The position numbers and the translations under genes are program-made. A DNA stretch of 64,000 nt from Octopus vulgaris (Eukaryota). Numbering within the stretch: position 1 is the first letter of the stretch; every line of letters begins with the position of its first letter. The notes below the pieces were generated by a model. The model searched no databases and was not told the origin of the DNA. It saw nothing but the letters and a program-made list of their open reading frames with translations. The stretch spans positions 78,182,001 to 78,246,000 of the forward strand of contig OX597831.1 of assembly GCA_951406725.2 (NCBI GenBank), read 5' to 3'. Shown in pieces: positions 55,780-64,000 of this stretch.

Positions 55780-56011
55780 TTACTTTTTCAGTCATTTGAT
55801 TGCGGCCATGTTGGAGTGCCACCCCAAAGAGTTTTATTCGAACAAATCGACCCCAGGGCTTATTTTTTTAACGCCTAGTACTTAATCTAGCGGTCACTTT
55901 TTGCCGAAACGCTAAGTTACGGGGATGTAAGCACAAATACCGGTTGTCAAGCGGTGATGGGGATGGGGGATGGACAAACACGGATACAAAGACACACACA
56001 GATATATACAT

Positions 56012-56075
<64 letters not shown>

Positions 56076-56612
56076 TTTTGCTCTTTTTGCTCTTTTTACT
56101 TGTTTCAGTCATTTGACTGCGGCCATGCTGGAGCACCGCCTTTAGTCGAGCAAATCGACCCCGGGACTTATTCTTTGTAAGCCCAGTACTTATTCTATCG
56201 GTCTCTTTTGCCGAACCGCTAAGTGACGGGGACATAAACGCTAGGGGGACAAATACAGACACACAAACACACACACACATATATATACATATATACGACA
56301 GGCTTCTTTCAGTTTCCGTCTACCAAATCCACTCACAAGGCATTGGTCAGCCCGGGGCTATAGCAGAAGACACTTGCCCAAGATGCCACGCAGTGGGACT
56401 GAACCCGGAACCATGTGGTTGGTTAGCAAGCTACTTACCACACAGCCACTCCTGCGCCTATATATATATACGACGTGCTTCTTTCAGTTTCCGACCACCA
56501 AATCCACTCACAAGGCTTTGGTTGGCCAGAGGCTATAATAGAAGATACTTGCCCAAGGTGCCACGCAGTGTGACTGAACCCGGATCCATATTAATGAGAA
56601 GCAAGCTTCTTA
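55780..56612 (-). mobile_element. SINE family A nested pair
   Basis: Young copy 56075-56460 lies between the tail half (55780-56010) and head half (56470-56612) of an older copy, i.e. inside its microsatellite. Confidence 0.88.
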
Positions 56613-56790
56613 CTTGCGCATGTGCAAAAGCACCAGCTTAGCTACTTAGTTCCTTGCTATTGAGAATTAGCTTGTAATGACAGAAAGCTAACGCGCACAG
56701 CGCACACGCGCCATCGTCCCGCTCGCTTATACAGCATGCTAATATGCGTTTTCGGTTTCTTCTCAACTCCTTTCAACCGAATATTGCTAA

Positions 56791-57012
56791 CCCTTTTGTT
56801 ACCGCCCTGGCTGTAACCACCCCTTGCTCTGTAATACAAATGTCTTGCTTTCATAAGTTTTGTATTAAAATCTGCCACCAAACCTTAGTCACAATTTATG
56901 TTCCTAACACTAGCTGAATGATAACTAAGTTATTTTACTAAATTATTTGTTGTATTTAAAATTAATTGAAAGAAACACAGAGCATCTCAACAGAAATACG
57001 GTAACCAAAGGG
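56791..57012. mobile_element. piggyBac-like MITE
   Basis: CTAA|CCCTTTTGTTACCG ... CGGTAACCAAAGGG|TTAA. Confidence 0.8.
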
Positions 57013-57149
57013 TTAATGAATAAAAGCAACGCACACGTAGAATAATCATACGTACGTTTATATAAGCGTCGTGCGATCATACAATGACATATTTGCACAC
57101 TTATAAGACACACATACTCGTGCATACATGTATACATAAGCCTTTCCAG

Positions 57150-57757
57150 TACTGGCCCAAGTCCTAGAAATTGGAGGGGAGGATAGGTTGATTATATCGA
57201 CCCCAGTGTGCAACTGCTACTTATTTTATCAGCCCCGAAAGGATAAAAGGCAAAGTCGGCCACGCCGGCGTAATCTGAACTCAGAACGTACAGGCGGAGC
57301 AAATACCGCAAAGGATTTTGATCCGGTGTGCTAAAGATTCTTATTTCTTTATTGCCCACAAGGGGCTAAACATAGAGGGGACGAACAAGGACAGACAAAC
57401 GGATTAAGTCGATTATATCGACCCCAGTGCGTAACTGGTCCTTAATTTATCGACCCCGAAAGGATGAAGGGCAAAGTCGACCTAGGCGGAATTTGAACTC
57501 AGAACGTAGCAGTAGACGAAATACCTATTTCTTTACGGCCCACAAGGGGCTAAACACATAGGAGACGAACAAGAACAGACAAACGGATTAAGTCGATTAT
57601 ATCGACCCCAGTGCGTAACTGGTCCTTAATTTATCGACCCCGAAAGGATGAAAGGCAAAGTCGACCTTGGCGGAATTTGAACTCAGAACGTAACGGCAGA
57701 CGACATGCGGCTACGCATTTCGCCCGGCGTGCTAACGTTTCTGCCAGCACGCCGCCT
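57150..57757 (-). mobile_element. SINE family C concatemer (3 units)
   Basis: Tail-to-internal junctions at about 57525 and 57340. Confidence 0.92.
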
Positions 57758-57808
57758 CCATACATCTATACATCATGATAGACAGTTAGCCAGCCAGCCA
57801 GCCAGCCA

Positions 57809-57853
<45 letters not shown>

Positions 57854-57860
57854 ACACACA

Positions 57861-57900
<40 letters not shown>

Positions 57901-58549
57901 CTCATACACACACACACGCACACACTCATACACACATACACACAGATGGACAAACACGCTGGCAAAAGGCAGAAACAGACGAACACACGAACGCATTCTT
58001 TCCTCTCATAAACTAAACAAGGAATCGCGAGGAATTCCGCATTAACAACGCCAGAATATGCAGATATTGAAGTAAGTACATCCACATTTAACTGCGCACA
58101 ATGCATTGCTTATGCATCGACTCATATATTTTCATTCCAAACTGCATAGAATTATAGACATGCAAATATGCTGCATGCGGTCTATTATTTATTTCTTCAC
58201 TCAACATGCATTCCATCAGCACATGCATAAATTATCGAAATGCGGTTTGGAAGAATGGTTGCAGCACCCTGAAAACAATTTAGGGATAAAGTCTTCATTT
58301 TTAGAAATGTCGTTTTAAGGCGCATCTACGGCATTGATGTTTTTATTCTTTGTTCTCGCCCTCCCCCACCATTTAAAGGATTTGTAATTATTGGTCTTTT
58401 AATCTTTAGAATTCTTCGAGTCATCAGAAATATATGTTTGAGAATGTGGATTATTTGATTGTTTCTTTTGTTTTTCTCTGGGACAAATTCCACATATACA
58501 GCTTGAATCATTTGGCATAAATAGCTAAAGTTTTATGTCATTATATTAC

Positions 58550-59150
58550 AGGCTCTTTACGTTCTGAGTTCAATTTCCACCGAGGTCGACTTTGTTTTTC
58601 ATCCTTTCAGCGTCGATAAATTAAGTACCAGTTGCGGACTGGAGTCGATCTAATCGACTGGGCCCCTCCACCAAAATGCGGGTCTTGTGCAGAAAAGATT
58701 GTATTCTTTTGTACTCTAGGCACAAGGCCCGGAATTTTGGGGGAGGGCCCAGTCGATTAGATTCGACCTCAGCACTCAACTGGTACTTAATTTATCGACC
58801 ACGAAAGGATGAAAAACAAAGTTGACCTCTGTGGAATTTGAACTCATAAAGTAAAGACAGACGAAATACCGTTAAGCATTTTCCGGGTGTGTTATCGTTT
58901 CTTATTTCTTTACTACCCACAAGGAGCTACACACAGAGGCAACAAACAAGGACGGACAAACGGATTAAGTCGATTATATCGACCCCAGTGCGTAACTGGT
59001 ACTTATTTAATCGACCCCGAAAGGATGAAAGGCAAAGTTGACCTCGGCGGAATTTGAACTCAGAACGTAACAGCAGACGAAATACCTATTTCTTTACTAC
59101 CCACGAGGGGCTAAACACAGAGAGGACAAACAAGGACAAACAAACGGATT
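58550..59150. mobile_element. SINE family C: one forward copy and a reverse concatemer
   Basis: 58550-58700 (+), 58715-59150 (-). Confidence 0.88.
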
Positions 59151-59243
59151 GGAGCCCTAGTAATCCATTACAGAACTTAACTAGCGTACATAATCGTTTA
59201 GATTACCTCGATTAAACCCCCATACTTTGTATATATATCAATA

Positions 59244-60741
59244 TCTATAGACCTGAAATGCGAAAAGTTTGTTTGTCTGGTTTTGGCATTGGAACGGGTT
59301 AAAGGCCACTAGATCACGTCGGATTGACTCCAAAATTTACAGGGGCATGGAAAATGAGGTTAGGATGTTAGTGAGCTAGGTTAGAAATCCCTATCTTAAA
59401 AGGTGTGGTTACTAGGGCAAAAAACGCACACTTTGACAAGTCTTCTCTCATTCTCTTATCGGCCTGTCTTCCTTCGTCTTTCCTCCCTTCCTTTCACATT
59501 CACTCTATAACGTCGTTTGACAGTGTCTACTATATTTCCCACGCCGCCTTCACTCTTTCTTCCACATCCTCTCTCTCTCTCTTTCTACGTCTGTCTGTAT
59601 TCATAGAGAGAATTATTATCGCCACTACCACACAATCATGAGAACAAATATTATGAATCAGATATATTTGGGGTTGATTTATGTGTGTGTGTGTGTGTGT
59701 TCTATATATAAATATGTATATATAATGCATATATACAAAGTGTATATAACTGTATTTATATATATATATATATATACGCATTAAATATATATATGTACAT
59801 ATATACGCATTATATATACAAATGTATACAAATTATATATATATATATATATATATATAATGTGTGCATTATGTGGTCGGTTGAGCTGAAAATATGCACA
59901 CCTATGTTAAAAGTGCTGGCGAGTTTGCATGGCAACTATTTTTTTCCTCAAATGAAAGGTGTGACCTCTAGGACAAAATTTCTCATCTTATAAAATGTGG
60001 CCCGAGTAGACCCGAATGAAATCGGGTTATATTAACCAAAATGTGAAAAGAGGTCTAAATGGGGCTGGAAGGGGATTAACATTTACAGAAGCGGGTGTTT
60101 AGGAATTCTCTGTTACATCAAGCTAACAAATTTGTGCCACCCTTTAAATCTTCAATGTGTTGCCGTCCATGATGAAGAAGGTTTGAATGCTTGCCATGGT
60201 GAGTCTATTGTCGTGAGAAAGAATCACTTCAAAACTTGATGTTTAGGAATATTCTTTTACATCAAGTTCAAAATTTTACGCCAGCCGTTAAACTGCCACT
60301 ACGTTGCTGTCCGTCGTTAATAAAGGCCAGTCATGGTGACTCTACTATCCTCAGATTCTATCCCCTCAAACTTTGGTTTCCAATATTTTTATTCAGCTCG
60401 CATGTTCGTCTGTCCCTTTTAAATGTTAGCGTTTTGCTGTCTGCCTTGAAACAGACCTTTCCGTTGTCACTGCCTGATATTTATGATTGATCTTTCAACC
60501 TATTTTCTTTCTCAACTTACTTTTGTTGTTTATAAATGGGAGAGATAGAGATAGAGAAAGATGCAGAGTAAGAGAAAGCGAGGGAGAGTCCAAGAGAAAG
60601 GAAGAGCAAGAGAGTGGGAAAGTGAGAGAGAAAGGAGAGAGAAACAAAGAGGGAGAACGTGGTGATAAAAAACTGAAAGGAAGCAACAGAAAGTAACAAC
60701 CACACTCTTACCCGCGCGTAGAGCGGGTCACCTTAGGCTAG
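59244..60741 (+). mobile_element. Helitron-like element, about 1.5 kb
   Basis: 3' hairpin ACCCGCGCGTAGAGCGGGT (60710-60728) then CTAG|T; candidate 5' end A|TCTATAG; the 5' boundary is uncertain. Confidence 0.55.
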
Positions 60742-60779
60742 TATATATATATTTGCCATGATGGATCGATAGCAACTAC

Positions 60780-60945
60780 ACATTCTTTATTTTTTCTCCG
60801 TGTTTCTTTCTGTGTACCTTTCTTTGGAAGAGCGTAGGCGCGAAACGTTAAAGACTTTTTCACTTCCCGAGCGTTATACTAATACATCTGTTTGCTCTCT
60901 ACACCACCTGTCTTCATCGTTTGTTTTTTTTTTGTGAATTCTCCC
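60780..60945 (+). mobile_element. PLE-like remnant with degenerate minimal HHR
   Basis: CTTT-CTTTGGA-A-GAGC-GTAG-GCGC-GAAA-CG-TT-AAAG at 60818-60853. Confidence 0.55.
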
Positions 60946-61222
60946 TATATATATACATATATATATATACATATATATACATACATATACATACATATAT
61001 ATATATACACACACACATACAAGTATGTAAAAAGTATATATAAATTTATCTATATAAATATGTGTGTGTGTGTAAAATATATACATATGCATATATGCAT
61101 ATACATACGTACATACTTAAGTAAATGTAAGTGTGCGTTTGTATTTCATAGCATATGTTTGTATGCATTCATCTACCTGATTCCTTTTCACCGATAAACG
61201 GATGTTTGATAATAAAAAAACA

Positions 61223-61271
<49 letters not shown>

Positions 61272-61875
61272 TTATATTCACGCATTAACACATACACGCA
61301 CATATATACCCACACAATTAGAATCCCATACATATGATTCTTTTCATTACTGAATTGGAAATTCGACTTGCAATTTGCATTTCCAACATCGGATTATGCA
61401 TATTGATACAGGTAAACGTACACGTGCAGTAGAATCTCTATTGTGCACATCCTTGCACATGTGCATTTACATGTCCAGATTATGCACAGATGAACGGTTA
61501 ATGTACGTGTGCAGCATGCACGTAATTGTTCTTTTATTTGCAAAAATTTGCATTGAAAATTCGGCTTTTTAATGCGTTTTCAAAGACTTGTTTCGATAGA
61601 ATCAAAGGATCAAAACAATATATGTCTCTGTGCGTAAGTGCGTATAAGTAATTATATATATATATATATATCTTTTTTTTTTCTTTACTAGTTTCAGCTG
61701 CGGCCATGCTGGGACACTGATGTTAGCGTTTTCAAAGACTTGTTTCGATAGGACCAAAGAATAAAATCAATGCGGAGAGACATGAGAAATTTGAATATAT
61801 GTACGTGTGCGTGTGTATGTGACTGTGTCTGTGTGTATATGTATGATTTTACATATATGGGTAAGTGTGTTTAAG

Positions 61876-61937
<62 letters not shown>

Positions 61938-61974
61938 TTTTCTTTACTAGTTTTAGCACTAGAGCTGCAGCTAT

Positions 61975-62545
61975 GCTGGGGTACTGATGTTAGCTTTTCT
62001 ACGCTTCCGCTAAGTCTCCTCAGATGTGTGTGACATTTAGTTGATGTTTCTGCCCTCGTCTGCGATTCTTGCCGCGAGGTAGGTTCATCTGGGACTCTTG
62101 AAAGGGAGAGATCCAGTCTTGTACTGAAGATAACTATATCCACTTTATGTAGGTCTCTCAGGTTTTCTGGGAGGATATTGAAGAACCGAAAGCTCTTGAA
62201 GCCCAAGCTGTTGCAATATCTGATCCTGTGTCCAGACGGCAACGGTGGGGTACTTTGTACTATGGAGTGGCGCACCGTCCTGCTCTTTGCACAACTTACA
62301 ATGCCAACGTTTTGTACAAGTTCTAAGATCTTCTAGGTGTGTATCACAGCGTATCTTTCTCGCCTTCGATCTAGGGAGTAGTATCGTAACTGTTTCACTC
62401 TCTCCCAGTGGCTGATGTGTCGCATTTAAACAATCTTCTTTGTGTAGCTTCACTAGATTGCTTCGAGTTCCGTCGTTACTTTTAAACTGTGTGGTGGCCA
62501 TGAGATAAGAAGAGTTATCCAAACGGCTGAGGACAAATGACATCT
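61975..62545 (-). pseudogene. CR1-like LINE ORF2 C-terminal fragment
   Basis: SFVLSRLDNSSYL, WERVKQLRYYSLDRRRERY and FFNILPENLRDL...LDLSLSRVPDEP, with stops and frameshifts. Confidence 0.8.
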
Positions 62546-62623
62546 CTCGTACTGAAAGTTCTGCCCAACCGCTTTATATATATATATATATATATATATA
62601 ACCCAACTGCTATAAATAAATAA

Positions 62624-62699
<76 letters not shown>

Positions 62700-62705
<6 letters not shown>

Positions 62706-63290
62706 TTCCTCCTCATTATCGAGTATGGCCATTGCACGAAGCTTAACTGTTACTGGTGCTGTGATCGAATGTGACTTTTTAGCCCAGCTAAAGATCTACA
62801 ATGTCTTGTACAGAATTGGCAACTAAAACCTTTACCGGTAATAGCCGGCTGTAGTTGTAACTGGGCTTCATGTACCTTTGCATGTCGTTTAAGTCCTCTT
62901 GCCGAATTACACTCTCTTCCACATGCCCGACAGATATGATTAGTATGGTATCTAACACCAACACCAGTGGCCAGGTGTCACTCATCTGTCTCGCTTTATG
63001 ACTACGAAGATGACTCTTGAGTCCAGCTTTACCGAGGCAGGGTCTTGCACAGACATTGCATGTCAGCATCAAAGGAAGACCCTTCCCATCTGGAAATGTA
63101 ACAGCGATGCCCGTCCTGACATCCCTCCTTACTTTCTCATGTACAACTCGAGATTTCTCAAAAGTGGCTGTCCCCTCGTGCACAATCCTTCTCCACCTGC
63201 TACGATCAATAGCTATGCCTTCCCATGTGTCAGGAGAGATGCAATCATCTCTTATGGAAGCCTTCATCAAGTCCTTATACCACTTTTTTT
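62700..63290 (-). pseudogene. RTE-like LINE 3' fragment with three C2H2 zinc fingers
   Basis: YKDLMKAS...WEGIAIDRSRWR, then CNVC..SHLRSH, CRAC..RHAKVH and CQFC..SHIRSQH (one frameshift); short 3' UTR. Confidence 0.82.
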
Positions 63291-63317
63291 TTTATAATAT
63301 ATATAATATATTAGAGG

Positions 63318-63380
<63 letters not shown>

Positions 63381-63624
63381 CATAGTTCGATACACACGCA
63401 CACATACATATATGTATCTATGAACATACATATAAATATAATGCTGAGTAGCGTATTCCTGGTGGTGACGTATAACCAGTCAGAATGTTGCCGACTACTT
63501 CGTGCCGGCTGCGGCACTTGGCAACATTCACAAATCTTGTGGCGCTTTGTCTGCAGGCGCTTCCTCTCTTTTATGCAGCAATCATCTGTCGCACGGTGTT
63601 GATAAAATACAGAGAGAGTGAGAG

Positions 63625-63900
63625 GGAGGTTGTGAGTTCGATTCCCGGACCGGGATGTGTGTTGTGTTCTTGAGCAAGACACTTTATTTCACGTTGCTCC
63701 AGTTAACTCAGCTGTGGAAATGAGTTGCGACATCACTGGTGCCAAGTGGTATCGGCCCCTTCGCCTTCCTCTTGGATAACATCAGTGGTGTGAAGAGGGG
63801 CGGCTGGTATGCATGGACAACTGCTAGCTTTCCACAAACAATCTTGCTCTGACTTGTGCCTCGGAGGGTAACTTTCTAGGTGCAATCCCATGGTCATTCA
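63625..63900 (+). mobile_element. SINE family B, 5' truncated
   Basis: B box GTTCGATTCCC and body colinear with 9850-10058. Confidence 0.85.
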
Positions 63901-64000
63901 TATATATATATAGGAGGGGAAAAGTATAACATTTTCCGGGCGTATAAGTAGAATTACGTCCCATGATGCAATGTCAGTTATGTCACAAGTGAAGACAGTT

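Overview
Eukaryotic, AT-rich, microsatellite-saturated non-coding DNA (intronic or intergenic). From memory, the SINE families and repeat landscape look like an octopus genome; this is an inference, not a database result. No intact host protein-coding gene is supported, and almost all ORFs in the supplied track are translations of (TA)n, (CA)n, (TATG)n, (ATCT)n or trinucleotide tracts. Recognisable content: three tRNA-headed SINE groups (about 30 copies or fragments); a decayed mariner transposase; Tc1/Tc3-, Tigger- and piggyBac-like fragments or MITEs; three Helitron-like elements; CR1-, RTE- and R4/Dong-like LINE 3' fragments; and many Penelope-like (PLE) remnants embedded in (TA)n tracts. 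Many PLE-like remnants carry minimal hammerhead ribozyme (HHR) motifs, several with unusual core variants and several inside fold-back inverted repeats. The most striking observation is a hammerhead-like motif with the three core strands in a non-canonical order, opened between A9 and stem II and closed by an extra helix. It occurs in two sequence-unrelated elements (1603-1727, and a family at 955-1040, 13580-13670, 21096-21206 and 30731-30803) with covarying helices. All alignments and folds were done by eye, and boundaries are approximate.
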